Shown: positions 1 to 10,112 of the stretch, piece after piece
How the letters are laid out: every line of letters begins with the position of its first letter
Numbering within the stretch: position 1 is the first letter of the stretch
DNA from: an uncultured Marinobacterium sp.
GTDB lineage: Bacteria; Pseudomonadota; Gammaproteobacteria; Pseudomonadales; Balneatricaceae
Reading direction: 5' to 3'
Length of the DNA: 64,000 bases
Assembly (NCBI GenBank): GCA_947501565.1
Contig: CANMWJ010000002.1
Span: forward strand, 348,016-412,015
Program-made: the position numbers and the translations under genes
The notes under the pieces: generated by a model
What the model was told of the DNA's origin: nothing
Database searches by the model: none
Seen by the model: the letters and a program-made list of their open reading frames with translations, nothing else

Positions 1-320
1 GTGCATGAGCTGATTAACTTCTTTGAGGCTAATCTTGAGCAGGATGATCGCCAGCGTTATCTGGATGCTCTGTAAAAACACCTCAGGCTAATCGTTCTGT
101 TATAAGCGTGGCCTGGAGGGCTCCTAAGCCGGGCCACGCGTCTTTTCTCCGATTCGTTTAGAGACGCTGGAAGATGAATCTTGTCAGGCGCGTGCTGCGC
201 TCTGGTTTAACTTCCTGCCAACCGTCGATGCCCTCCCCTAATCGAATACTACCCTTCGCAACAAAAGCCGAGTAAAGTCCCGTCTTTTAATCCAACCCAT
301 CGAACTTAATTGAAGTGGCC

Positions 321-1163
321 ATGAACTTTGAGATTTTGCAGGAGCGATTCTTTAAGCTGCGCTCCAACCGAGCCTTCGAGCTTTTCGTTGTTGCCGTCAT
401 TATGTTTTCTGCACTGGTGATCGGTGCAAAGACCTATGATATTCCGGACAATGTGCTGATGGTGATCAGCTGGCTGGATGTTGGGATCACCCTCTTCTTT
501 CTGGTCGAGATTACGATCCGCTTTATCGGTGAACCGGATAAGAAGAACTTCTTCAAAAATGCGTGGAATATCTTTGATACGCTGATCGTGGTGGTGAGCC
601 TGATTCCGATTCAGGACAGCGAGATGGCGCTGGTGGGTCGTCTGATCCGTATCTTCCGCGTGTTGCGTATGGTGTCGATCGTTCCAGAGCTTCGCCTGCT
701 GCTAAACTCCCTGCTTAAGGCGCTGCCACAGCTGGGCTACGTGATCCTGCTGATGTTTATCATCTTCTATATCTACGCGGCGGTGGGTGCTTCGTTCTTC
801 GTGAATATCAACCCGACACTCTGGGGTGATATCTCGATTGCTATGTTGACGCTGTTCCGTGTGATGACGTTTGAGGATTGGACAGATGTCATGTACGAAA
901 CCATGGAGGTCTATCCGTTCAGCTGGTTGTTCTATCTGACCTTTATCTTCCTCACCACCTTCGCCTTCCTGAACATGGTGATCGGTATCGTGGTGAACGT
1001 GATGGAGAACGAACACGCGAAAGAAGCAAAGGAACAAGCGATTGCTGAAGGACAGCTGACCATCGAAGATCTTTCTAATCAGATCAATGAGTTAAAAGCG
1101 ATTATTGAAGCGCAGAATAATGCTGCTCAGCCTGCAAGAGAGACCGAAAAAGAGAAGCTCTGA
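321..1163 (+). CDS. Voltage-gated ion channel, NaChBac/NavBac-like single-domain ion transport protein with C-terminal coiled coil
   Basis: Six TM segments. S4 carries an Arg repeat (RLIRIFRVLRMV). Pore helix/filter is LTLFRVMTFEDWTDVMY. Track start 315 is GTG; an in-frame ATG at 321 gives MNFEIL. Confidence 0.75.
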   Translation: MNFEILQERFFKLRSNRAFELFVVAVIMFSALVIGAKTYDIPDNVLMVISWLDVGITLFFLVEITIRFIGEPDKKNFFKNAWNIFDTLIVVVSLIPIQDSEMALVGRLIRIFRVLRMVSIVPELRLLLNSLLKALPQLGYVILLMFIIFYIYAAVGASFFVNINPTLWGDISIAMLTLFRVMTFEDWTDVMYETMEVYPFSWLFYLTFIFLTTFAFLNMVIGIVVNVMENEHAKEAKEQAIAEGQLTIEDLSNQINELKAIIEAQNNAAQPARETEKEKL

Positions 1164-1190
1164 CGGGCCCACCAGCGCTTCTGAAACCCA

Positions 1191-1235
1191 CAAAAAAGCC
1201 GTTCAGCATCTCATGCTGAACGGCTTTTTTATTTC
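1191..1235. terminator. Bidirectional intrinsic terminator between the channel gene and aer
   Basis: Perfect 13-bp stem AGCCGTTCAGCAT/ATGCTGAACGGCT with an A-run upstream and TTTTTTATTT downstream. Confidence 0.6.
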
Positions 1236-1242
1236 CTTTCGG

Positions 1243-2802
1243 TTACTTCTCAAACGCTTTTGTCATGGATTCGAGCGAGTTGATCAGCGCGTTCAGCTCT
1301 CTGCTTGCCTGTGACGTCTGGTCAGAGGCCTTGCGGTTCTCTCCACTTAGATCACGGATAGTCCCGACGCTTGATTGAATGTCAGACACCACAGCAGTCT
1401 GTTCCTCAGACGCGGATGCAATTTGCGCACAGCGGTCGGCTACCTCCGTCATCATATTTTGAATGTTGACGAATGCAGTGTCGGTTTGGTCCGTGGCTTC
1501 CAGAACCCGGGTGGTTTCGGACTTGCTCTGCTGCATGATCTCGACGGTGCGATGCACGGCACTCTGCACTTCTTCAATGACGCGTTTGATCTCCTGCGTC
1601 GAGTTCTGGGTGCGTACCGCTAGGGTACGTACCTCGTCGGAAACCACTGCAAAACCGCGCCCATGCTCCCCTGCCCGTGCAGCTTCAATGGCCGCATTCA
1701 ACGCCAGCAGGTTGGTCTGATCAGCGATGTCATTGATCACGGCGAGCACGTTGCCGATATCATCGGCCTTGCTCTGCAACTCCATCGTTGTGCTTGAGGC
1801 ATGCTCAACGTGTTGAGCAAGGGTTTGGGTTTTCGCAGCAACGGCCGATAGCGCTTCCCGCCCTTCCGACGTGATCTGGCAGGCGCTGCCACTCACCTCC
1901 GATGTCTGGTTGGTATTGGTGGCGATCTCCTGGGACGCGAGCGCCAGCTGGGAGATAGCCGCCGCTACCTGATCGGTTTCAGCATCCTGACGACTGATAC
2001 CGTCATCCGTCCGCTGAATCGAGGTATTGGTCATGCCAACGGCGTGTTTGATGGTGTCGTTGATGTCAGCGAGTCGTCCCAACACCGTACGGTTGCGCGC
2101 GTCCTGCATCGCCAGGGCAAGCTGCACGTCGCCCAGTTCATCGTTTGAATCACAGTACACCAGCTTGATCAGGGCGTTGGAGGAGACGTTAAGCGCGTTC
2201 CCCTGCAGCACATTCAGCTGACGCAGGCGCCACGCCCAGGCTCCTGAAACCGCGACACCGGTCAGCGCGGTTATAACTGCACTCGCAACCGGGCCAGTAA
2301 TCATCGTACTTGCGGCTACGCCCGCGGTGACTATACCCAGTGACGCTAATATCGCGGTGAAGTTAATCGAACGTGACTTTAAAAGCCGGTTCAGTTTGCC
2401 GCTACGGATAGCGCTATAGATCGCTTCCGCTTTCTGTTTCTGAGCGGAAGACGGGCGCACACGTACCGATTGATAACCGATCTTCTCACCGTGTTCATAG
2501 AGCGGGGTTACGTAGGCATCCACCCAATAGTGATCGCCGTTTTTACAGCGGTTCTTTACGATGCCACGCCATGCCTGATCGTTATTTATGGATTCCCATA
2601 GGTTTGCGAACGCCTCTTTCGGCATATCTGCATGGCGTACGATGTTGTGGGGACGAGATTGCAATTCTTCGAGGCTAAAACCTGAAACACGACAAAAGGC
2701 ATCGTTCGCGTAGAGAATCTGTCCTTTCAAGTCGGTAGTAGAGATCAGCTGAATGTTGTCTGGAACCTCGACTTCTCTGTCGGTTGAAGACTGAACTTTC
2801 AT
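1243..2802 (-). CDS. aer: Aerotaxis receptor Aer: N-terminal PAS(FAD), membrane hairpin, HAMP and methyl-accepting signalling domain
   Basis: N-terminus [51 protein letters not shown]...KNGDHYWV is collinear with E. coli Aer. The MA domain follows. ATG start with GAAGGAG SD. Confidence 0.8.
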   Translation of the reverse strand: MKVQSSTDREVEVPDNIQLISTTDLKGQILYANDAFCRVSGFSLEELQSRPHNIVRHADMPKEAFANLWESINNDQAWRGIVKNRCKNGDHYWVDAYVTPLYEHGEKIGYQSVRVRPSSAQKQKAEAIYSAIRSGKLNRLLKSRSINFTAILASLGIVTAGVAASTMITGPVASAVITALTGVAVSGAWAWRLRQLNVLQGNALNVSSNALIKLVYCDSNDELGDVQLALAMQDARNRTVLGRLADINDTIKHAVGMTNTSIQRTDDGISRQDAETDQVAAAISQLALASQEIATNTNQTSEVSGSACQITSEGREALSAVAAKTQTLAQHVEHASSTTMELQSKADDIGNVLAVINDIADQTNLLALNAAIEAARAGEHGRGFAVVSDEVRTLAVRTQNSTQEIKRVIEEVQSAVHRTVEIMQQSKSETTRVLEATDQTDTAFVNIQNMMTEVADRCAQIASASEEQTAVVSDIQSSVGTIRDLSGENRKASDQTSQASRELNALINSLESMTKAFEK

Positions 2803-3180
2803 GATGACTCCTTCATCAGTGCAGCCTGTCTTTGAGGCGGCATCATAATTATTTGAGCATAGAACTTAGAGGAATATAGCTCAGTTTTTGAATATCTGAT
2901 ATTCAACTCAAGTGTGGAGCTGCCGATATATAAACGCAGTGTAACTTTGAAATTTTTCCCAGCATACGTGTATTTTAAATACCAAATACGTATCGTGTAC
3001 TGCGAATTTGTGCGCCTTATTAGTAGATCCTGGCTCAGACAAACCTAAGATTTCGTCATGAGGTTATGCCTAAATGATCATTCATCAACTGGTGTACATC
3101 CTTTCATGTTCGCTCTATCCTTCTGTATATAAAGCGTTTTCCTTAATAAACGCCTACTACCGGACGCAGAGAGTTTTAGC

Positions 3181-4077
3181 GTGGATGCCCAAACGACAGA
3201 TGTAGATCGGATTCTCGCACAGGCGGGGAAGATGCCCTTCCTGCAGGGCACTATGTTCCGCTTCAGCCAGATGGATCCGCTGGCCGATAACTTCAGTCAG
3301 GAGATGCTGCGGCTTTGCAAAGCGGACCCTATGCTGGCGCTCTTTCTGTTGCGTCTGGCCAACAGTGGTCGCGGAGCCAAGAATCAACCTGTCACCACCA
3401 TCAACGACGCATTGCGTAAAGTGCGCCCTCAGCGCCTTTTCCATCTGATCGATAGTGCTTCCGTTACTCGAATCTTTAGCCCCTCCAAGCCTGAGTACAA
3501 AGGCCTGTGGCAACACTCTATTGAAACAGCGGTATTTGCCGAGTTCAGTGCACGTAAAATCGAAGGTTTTAGCGTGCCCCCTGCCCTTGCGTACAACGCC
3601 GGGTTTATACACGATATCGGCCGCTTTCTGTTCCTGGAGCATACGCCTCAAACGCTGGATGACACCGAAAAGGTGGGCTGGACAACGCCGATGGAGCTAC
3701 CCGACCTTGAAAGGATGCTTTTAGGGCTCGATCATGCCGAGCTTGGATACCGAGCAGCGGAAAAATGGGGCTTGCCGAACATCCTGCAAAGAATGTTACG
3801 TCACCATCATCACTACGGGCTTTGGTTGGATAGTAACTTCCCTAAGCTCCTGCGTGAGTTGGTGGTGATCGTGCAGTTTGCAGATTTCGTCAGTGTTCTG
3901 GTTGAGAAAGATCCCGATTGGGTAGACTGGAAACCGGCTGCGCTGCGGGAGGCGATCCAGCACCGCTGTGTACACCCAAGTTGGGAGGACGTTCACCTGC
4001 CTGTTGCGGAGATGGCAGACAAGCTGCCTGCTCTGAACCGCGTATGTCAGGAGCGCCTTGCGCTTATCGGCCTGTAA
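3181..4077 (+). CDS. HDOD-domain signal transduction protein
   Basis: Histidine/aspartate-rich HD-related output domain motifs (HDIGRFLF, LDHAELGY). The 3181 start is GTG; an alternative ATG (MPFLQG) at 3232 is possible. Confidence 0.6.
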   Translation: MDAQTTDVDRILAQAGKMPFLQGTMFRFSQMDPLADNFSQEMLRLCKADPMLALFLLRLANSGRGAKNQPVTTINDALRKVRPQRLFHLIDSASVTRIFSPSKPEYKGLWQHSIETAVFAEFSARKIEGFSVPPALAYNAGFIHDIGRFLFLEHTPQTLDDTEKVGWTTPMELPDLERMLLGLDHAELGYRAAEKWGLPNILQRMLRHHHHYGLWLDSNFPKLLRELVVIVQFADFVSVLVEKDPDWVDWKPAALREAIQHRCVHPSWEDVHLPVAEMADKLPALNRVCQERLALIGL

Positions 4078-4231
4078 GGGCCGCTATCCCTTTTCCGCAC
4101 CATTCCAGCAGCGCTTCACTGGCTTGAGTAATATGTTGGTTTCCCGACTGATTTAAGAGTAGGATTTCCTTACCACAGCTGTTACGCGCTACATGAAATT
4201 ATAGATTTAAGACTAAGGAAGGAACTAAATC

Positions 4232-5458
4232 ATGAACGTTGGCGTCTTTTCCCCGGCATCACCGGATCTCAGGGTAAAAAGGAGATTCGTTTTCGCCATG
4301 TTAGCCTGCTCGTTTGGCGCAGGGAGCTCCTGCCTGAATGCCGCAGAGATTACCGAAAACCTGGTCGTGCATGGTTTTCTAAGCCAGGCCTACATCGATA
4401 CCTCCAACAATAACTTTTTTGGACGTTCCGACGGCGGTTCGTTTGATTTCCGGGAGTTAGGGATCAACGGATACTGGCAGGCTCACGAAAATCTGAACCT
4501 TGCGGCTCAGGTGATCTCCCGAAACGCAGGTCGCGAGAGCGACTCCGATCCACGTTTTGACTATGCGTTGGCCGATCTTCATTTCTACTCTGATACCGGT
4601 AATCGCAGCGGTATTCGTGTCGGCCGTATCAAAGTGCCTCTCGGGCTATTGAATCAGACCCGCGATGCGCCCTCCGCCCGTCCGGGTATATTTGTGCCAG
4701 CCAGTGTGTATTTCGATCAGTTCCGGAATGCGCTGGTATCGACAGACGGCTACACGCTGTATACGACGCTTAGCCAATCCTGGGGTGACCTGAGCCTCGA
4801 GCTCTATCAAGGCACAAGCGATCCCGGTGACCGCGAGATGGAGTACTTCGTTTTTAAACAAGACGCGCCTGGACGCTTTGATGACGCCTCCATGCAGGGT
4901 CTACAGCTTAGATATGACGCTCTGGGCAGCGGCATTCGGCTGGCACTGAGCTACAGCCGCCCTAGTCTCGATTATCAACCTGCGGCAGTGGGAGACCCTC
5001 TGCACGGCGGTGATGTGATCTCAGACATGCTGCTCTACTCAGCGCAATACAATGGCGAGAAGATCAGTTTAACGGCAGAGTTTCTGCTGATGATCAATAA
5101 CGTGAAGAACTTCGGACCGCTGTATAACGATTTCAGAGCTAAAGGCGAAAGCTACTATGTGCAGGCCGATTACCGTTACCGGCCCGATCTGACGTTTTCA
5201 GTACGTTACGGCGAACAGATCGTCAATGATAAGGATCGCGACGGAGACAAGAGCATCACCTTTAATCCCGATCATGTGGGATTCGCTCATACGGTGATGC
5301 TGGGTGTACGTTGGGATTTTGCTCCCGACTGGATTCTGCGTGGTGAGTTTCACCACACTAACGGCACCGCCTGGTTATCCGGTAGCGACAATCCAAACCT
5401 GCTATCGAACTCGCGTCGGTGGGATACGTTGGCGGTGCAGCTGGTGTATAGCTTCTGA
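4232..5458 (+). CDS. Hypothetical outer-membrane beta-barrel protein
   Basis: GGAAGGAA SD and an N-terminal signal-like region. The sequence alternates amphipathic beta-strands and ends in C-terminal ...LVYSF, a terminal aromatic. Confidence 0.5.
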   Translation: MNVGVFSPASPDLRVKRRFVFAMLACSFGAGSSCLNAAEITENLVVHGFLSQAYIDTSNNNFFGRSDGGSFDFRELGINGYWQAHENLNLAAQVISRNAGRESDSDPRFDYALADLHFYSDTGNRSGIRVGRIKVPLGLLNQTRDAPSARPGIFVPASVYFDQFRNALVSTDGYTLYTTLSQSWGDLSLELYQGTSDPGDREMEYFVFKQDAPGRFDDASMQGLQLRYDALGSGIRLALSYSRPSLDYQPAAVGDPLHGGDVISDMLLYSAQYNGEKISLTAEFLLMINNVKNFGPLYNDFRAKGESYYVQADYRYRPDLTFSVRYGEQIVNDKDRDGDKSITFNPDHVGFAHTVMLGVRWDFAPDWILRGEFHHTNGTAWLSGSDNPNLLSNSRRWDTLAVQLVYSF

Positions 5459-5520
5459 GGGTGGTGAAAAACCTCTGCCCTCAGAAACTAGGCAATACCT
5501 AAGCCTGGAAAAGAACCGCT

Positions 5521-6183
5521 CTAAAGCGGCAGGCTGAAGAGGTAACTGGTCCACCCTGCTGCCAGCAGAACAACCAAAAGGAACGGCACAACACGCACGC
5601 TATCACGGCTGACAGCGTTGCCTTTGTCCGGTTTATTACCGTGTAGCATTGCAGGGATCAGCGGATCGCGGTAACGAACTTTATGAAAGATAATTGCCAA
5701 CACGTGCAAACCCACCATGATCTGCAGAATCAGCTGGACGGTTTCGTGTATCTCTCCACCCAACTCAGCCGTCTCATCGCTTACCATCGAATAGAAAGGC
5801 CCATCCCATAGAATGTCATCGGTGGTAACCAGGCCGCTTAACACCTGCAGGGCCAGTAATACGATCAGCGCGATGACCATCATGCCGCCTGCCGGATTGT
5901 GTCCATAGTGGTGCTCAGCATTGCCACGTAGCATACGCCCCGTGTAACCCAGCGTGTGAATCGGATCGCGCACAAAGGAGCTGAATCGGGCATATGAGGT
6001 GCCGGCGATACCCCAGAATAATCGGAAGACCAGTAACCCGGAAAGCATATAACCCGCATAAAAATGCCATTCGATCAGGTTGCCACCGAGATCCCCGCTC
6101 ACGATCAGAAAGATAAAGAGCGCAACCAGTGTCCAATGAAAGATTCGGGTGGGTAGATCCCAGACTTTAACCATCGTCGCCAT
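5521..6183 (-). CDS. Cytochrome b561 family protein (CybB-like dihaem membrane cytochrome)
   Basis: Four TM helices with conserved His pairs (IFHWTLVALF...HFYAGY...HVLAIIFH). Sits downstream of cytochrome c'. Confidence 0.7.
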   Translation of the reverse strand: MATMVKVWDLPTRIFHWTLVALFIFLIVSGDLGGNLIEWHFYAGYMLSGLLVFRLFWGIAGTSYARFSSFVRDPIHTLGYTGRMLRGNAEHHYGHNPAGGMMVIALIVLLALQVLSGLVTTDDILWDGPFYSMVSDETAELGGEIHETVQLILQIMVGLHVLAIIFHKVRYRDPLIPAMLHGNKPDKGNAVSRDSVRVVPFLLVVLLAAGWTSYLFSLPL

Positions 6184-6216
6184 ACGGGTTCCTGTACTGA
6201 ATTAGATGCTATTTAC

Positions 6217-6247
6217 AAAAAAGGTCCCAACGCGAGGCGTTGAGACC
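6217..6247 (-). terminator. Hairpin plus U-run between cytochrome c' and cytochrome b561 genes (attenuator or partial terminator)
   Basis: GGTCCCAACGC/GCGTTGAGACC stem followed by TTTTTT on the minus strand. Confidence 0.4.
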
Positions 6248-6276
6248 ATTTTAAGAGCTAAGTATAACCAGTTGAA

Positions 6277-6747
6277 TTACTTGGCTTTATACTCTTTGTG
6301 GCAGCCTTTGCAAGACTTGCCAACCGGGCCGATGTTTTGGCGCAGGCTATCCAGGCCCTGACCTGCAGTTGAAGCCAGCTTCTCAGAAGCAGATGCCCAT
6401 GCTTTGTGCTTGTCCTGTACATCTGGGAAGTTGCTCCAGATGCCTGGTTTAGCTTTGGTTACGTCAGCCAGCGCATCTACGCCGTTGTCGGAACCTTTTG
6501 GCCACATCGCACCATTGTCCATGGTTGCTGCTTTCAGGATGTTTTTCGCAGAAGCTTCTGCCAGCTCAGCGTTGTACTCACGCTTGCCTTTTGCCATTGC
6601 GCCCAGAATACCCATGTTGAATTTTACAACCTGAAAGTGAGCCTGACGGGCTTCGATCTCGGTTTCAAATGGGGTTTCAGCCATTGCAGGTGCTGCAACG
6701 GTGGCCAGAACGGTTGAGCAAACCACAGCTTTCAAAACGCCCTTCAT
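6277..6747 (-). CDS. Cytochrome c' (class II cytochrome c, CycP-like)
   Basis: Signal peptide, four-helix-bundle length (156 aa) and a C-terminal CKGCH haem-binding motif 8 residues from the end. Confidence 0.75.
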   Translation of the reverse strand: MKGVLKAVVCSTVLATVAAPAMAETPFETEIEARQAHFQVVKFNMGILGAMAKGKREYNAELAEASAKNILKAATMDNGAMWPKGSDNGVDALADVTKAKPGIWSNFPDVQDKHKAWASASEKLASTAGQGLDSLRQNIGPVGKSCKGCHKEYKAK

Positions 6748-6993
6748 TGTATACGACTCCGGTAATAGTTTTGTGATTACGGCGGCAATAATAGCACCGA
6801 CATTATATTCAATGAATCTAATTTAGTGCTTTTATAACGTAAAGTTGTGTAAAAGATGTGGCAGACATTGAGCGGCTCTAGGAAATCCGTTTTCCTCAGT
6901 TGCTGCTGACGGCGAAGAAGAGTGACATAGGGGAGCTGTCAGGCCGTGGTAGGCAGTCTACCCGGCCTGATAAAGAATGGAGATGGATGTTCG

Positions 6994-7404
6994 TTAACTG
7001 GCTTTTGCGGGTACGTCGAAGTCGTAAATAACCTGCAGGATATCCGGGCAACTGAGTATTCCAACCAGCTTGCCATTCTCGACGATTGGCATCGGTCGCC
7101 AGTTATTACGGGTCATCGTATCGGCAACATCAACGATATCATCACCAGGCGCAGCCGTATGGACTTCAGTCTGCATGTAGTCACTCACTGTGCCACCGAC
7201 CTGCTTATAGTAACTACCCTGCAGGATGCGGCTCAGGCAATCCCATTCGCTCAGTAACCCGACGATTTTGCCCTGTGAATCAACCACCGGAGCACCTGAT
7301 ATGCGTCTTTCCAGCATAACCTCTATCGCTTTGAACAGCTCGGTGTCCGGGTGAAAGGTAACAAGGTTGGTCACCATATAGTCACGAACTTTTACAGATC
7401 TCAT
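6994..7404 (-). CDS. CBS-domain pair protein
   Basis: Tandem CBS motifs. Track start 7413 is GTG; the ATG at 7404 has a GAGGTGA SD. Confidence 0.7.
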   Translation of the reverse strand: MRSVKVRDYMVTNLVTFHPDTELFKAIEVMLERRISGAPVVDSQGKIVGLLSEWDCLSRILQGSYYKQVGGTVSDYMQTEVHTAAPGDDIVDVADTMTRNNWRPMPIVENGKLVGILSCPDILQVIYDFDVPAKAS

Positions 7405-7636
7405 CTCAATCACCTCAGTTCATGGTTCCCTTTTAGCGTAGCCTTTACACGCGGATTCAGCCCCTTAACAGGGGCGCCAAAACGCCGTGAGCGGCGCTTT
7501 GTAACTGAAATAAATGCAGCTAAAAGACGAAATACATGAATAATCCGCAACGCTTTTTAATAAAGAAGTCATAAAAACAGCCGAATGAGCATTCATAAAC
7601 ATATGAAATCCATTCAAGGAACATGGGTTGCGGTTT

Positions 7637-8023
7637 ATGATGACGTTAAAGCAGTTTCAAACGGGAAGTGCTGTTGCGGAGTACCTTCTCGCGCTTGTTC
7701 TGGTGCTGACAACCACCCTTATCGGGTTTGCATTTGTCAGCGACAATGTCACCAAAGAGATCAACTCTCTCACACAGGCCTTTCGGCCCTACCCACCTGA
7801 TGATGAATTGGAGTCAGCCGAAACCATCGTGCTTAACGATGAGTTTTTTTATAAGTACGGCGCTCCTGGAGCCGGCCCGGCAGAGCCGGACAGTTTTATC
7901 CGGTTGAATCCTGACGGCACGATCAGAATCTCCATTTCACCTGGAAACCTGATCCTTGGTGGTGCGATTCTGTTTGGTTTGATGTTATCGCTGCTGATCT
8001 ACCGGTTTGGTGTAAGGCGCTGA
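7637..8023 (+). CDS. Flp/Fap-pilin-like membrane protein with a long C-terminal extension
   Basis: N-terminal QTGSAVAEYLLALVLVL matches the Flp pilin G-x4-EY motif and hydrophobic helix. A second TM lies at the C-terminus. Start chosen at ATG 7637; the track TTG is at 7628. Confidence 0.45.
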   Translation: MMTLKQFQTGSAVAEYLLALVLVLTTTLIGFAFVSDNVTKEINSLTQAFRPYPPDDELESAETIVLNDEFFYKYGAPGAGPAEPDSFIRLNPDGTIRISISPGNLILGGAILFGLMLSLLIYRFGVRR

Positions 8024-8052
8024 TACCGCATCCGATACAGGTGAGCTTGGCG

Positions 8053-9381
8053 TTAGTGGACGCCGAGCTGGTTTAACCAGCGGGTGATCATAGCTTGCTG
8101 CATGGCTTCGAGCGGTAAGACCGCGAGGGTGTCTTCCAGTGACTGCCCTACCTCGCGCTGTTTTACCGCGTTAACCACCGGTGCCAACTCTATACCTGCC
8201 ATATGCCAGATGCCCAGTGGCTGATCGGGCGTGACCACGACCTCCGCTTTCACAATACGGTTGTCTTGTACCACCGGCATCGCACGAACCTCAAATGCGT
8301 CGAAGTTCTCCGTCTGGTGTAAAGGTTGTGCATCGGGCCACTGACAGCGCTGCTGCCAGAACGGTTGCTCTGGCCACTGGGTTTCCATGCCATAGAAATC
8401 CCGCCCAATACGGGCAAAGCGGTAGAACAGCGCGCTGACACGGGCTTGGTGGAACTGCTTCGCCAGCTCCGCATTATCAGGACTGCTCAGTAGTGTATTG
8501 ATAACGGCGGGTGCCTGCAGCGCAGAGGAGAGTGCCTGAAATATGCCGTTGCCTGAGAGCGGATCCACTGCCATCGCCGCATCCCCTACCCTTATCCAGT
8601 TATCACCCACCACCTCTTCGCAGAGAATCGGCGTACTTGTACGGGCATAGAACTCGCCGGTGGGTTGGGCGTTCTGCATAAAGGGTTGTGCCTGAGGCAG
8701 GCGTTTGAGGCGTTCGATACAGAAATCCAGCATCTCAGCTTTAGGCGGGAGATTGGCGCTTGCAACATCGAAGGTCAGCTGCAGATACCGCTTACCGGTA
8801 TCCGTCATCGCCATCCAGGCCCAGCCATCTTCAAAACTGACCGCTGCGGATTGCGGTACGCAAGCCTCTCCCTGCCAGTACTGCAGCAGCGAAACGGTTT
8901 CGGCGCCGCGCACGCGCGGTAGATGGGCCGACGCTGCGGAACGTCCACGCGCTTCAACCAGGAAATCTGCGGTAATCTGTTGAACCTCGGCATCCCCGCG
9001 GGTTTCGGAAACCTGCACAGCGGGGCCGTCGAGTGAAACGGCTTTTATCCGCGCGTCTATCAGCTCAACGCCAGCGTTTTTCAGATCCTGCCAGATACCG
9101 TAATCAAGCGTCTGGCGATCGATCAGCCGTTCGGTATTGGCACTGTTGCTCTGGCCGTTCCAGGTGGCGTTGCGTGCAGACGGTTGCGCCAGATCTTTCA
9201 GTGCTTCAACAAAACCCGCGGCTCGCAGGCCCTCTATAACCCGATCGGATACGCCCTCTACCGCATCAAAGGGGCGTCGCTGTGCGATCACTGTCACCTG
9301 ATAGCCGAGTCGCACCATTCCTAACGCAACAGCGCCACCAGCGGGACCTGCGCCCAGGACAACAATGCGTTTCGTATTCAT
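8053..9381 (-). CDS. qhpG: FAD-dependent monooxygenase QhpG (hydroxylates the gamma-subunit Trp for cysteine tryptophylquinone, CTQ, formation)
   Basis: N-terminal Rossmann fold KRIVVLGAGPAGGAVA. Sits in an operon with qhpF and qhpE in the QHNDH locus. ATG 9381 (MNTKRIVV) has a GGAAGAG SD; the track GTG is at 9405. Confidence 0.7.
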   Translation of the reverse strand: MNTKRIVVLGAGPAGGAVALGMVRLGYQVTVIAQRRPFDAVEGVSDRVIEGLRAAGFVEALKDLAQPSARNATWNGQSNSANTERLIDRQTLDYGIWQDLKNAGVELIDARIKAVSLDGPAVQVSETRGDAEVQQITADFLVEARGRSAASAHLPRVRGAETVSLLQYWQGEACVPQSAAVSFEDGWAWMAMTDTGKRYLQLTFDVASANLPPKAEMLDFCIERLKRLPQAQPFMQNAQPTGEFYARTSTPILCEEVVGDNWIRVGDAAMAVDPLSGNGIFQALSSALQAPAVINTLLSSPDNAELAKQFHQARVSALFYRFARIGRDFYGMETQWPEQPFWQQRCQWPDAQPLHQTENFDAFEVRAMPVVQDNRIVKAEVVVTPDQPLGIWHMAGIELAPVVNAVKQREVGQSLEDTLAVLPLEAMQQAMITRWLNQLGVH

Positions 9382-9398
9382 CACCACTCTTCCTGCTG

Positions 9399-10112
9399 TC
9401 ACCACTCTTCCTCTTCTGGCCGATAGACACCGGTACGCTGTTCTGCGCCGAAATAACTGGCGTTGGATTTAAGATGTTTGCCCAGTGCAGCGCGTGACGC
9501 TTCAGGCTGAGCAATCAGGAACTGCGCAATATGTCCGCAGATATAGGCTGTGCCGATACTGGCACCCGAGATCTCCCCGTCCAGACAGCGCACATGGGCA
9601 CCAAAGTCAGCGTATTGAGTGCCCAGCAACGACCACTCCTCTGGCGCACAACGTGCATCACCGGTCGTTCGCAGTACGCCGGGATAATGAGAGGGATACA
9701 CGGGGTCGCCTTTGGCTGGCGATGAGGCGCAAAGCAAAACGCCTTTTGCGACTGCTCGCTCAACGGCGTCGCGCAAAACATCGCGGTCAGTACGCAGGCC
9801 AAGGCTGAGGTTGATCACCTGCACGTCCTGCTCGACCAGCCAGTCGATCGCAGAGGCCACCTGTGCGGGCGTAGTGGTAAAGCGTTCGGAAAACACCTGT
9901 GCCATGTAGATCTGGGCCTTAGGCGCTAACCGATGGATCACGTCGACGATCTTGCTGCCATGGCCCAGAGTGTCGAGACTGGCGTCATCCATCCATAGGG
10001 CGTCGTCCTTCAGTACAAAGGCGGCTGAGTCAGTTACAAAGGATGCGTTATAGTCGCGGTAGCCGCTATCGACGATACCTACTTTAACAACCGCATTGCC
10101 CAGGTCAGTCAT
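9399..10112 (-). CDS. qhpE: Subtilisin-like S8 serine peptidase QhpE (gamma-subunit leader peptidase)
   Basis: VGIVDSG (Asp), HGS (His) and a Ser-containing block near the C-terminus. Short (237 aa), as expected for QhpE. Overlaps the qhpF stop by 8 nt. Confidence 0.65.
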   Translation of the reverse strand: MTDLGNAVVKVGIVDSGYRDYNASFVTDSAAFVLKDDALWMDDASLDTLGHGSKIVDVIHRLAPKAQIYMAQVFSERFTTTPAQVASAIDWLVEQDVQVINLSLGLRTDRDVLRDAVERAVAKGVLLCASSPAKGDPVYPSHYPGVLRTTGDARCAPEEWSLLGTQYADFGAHVRCLDGEISGASIGTAYICGHIAQFLIAQPEASRAALGKHLKSNASYFGAEQRTGVYRPEEEEW

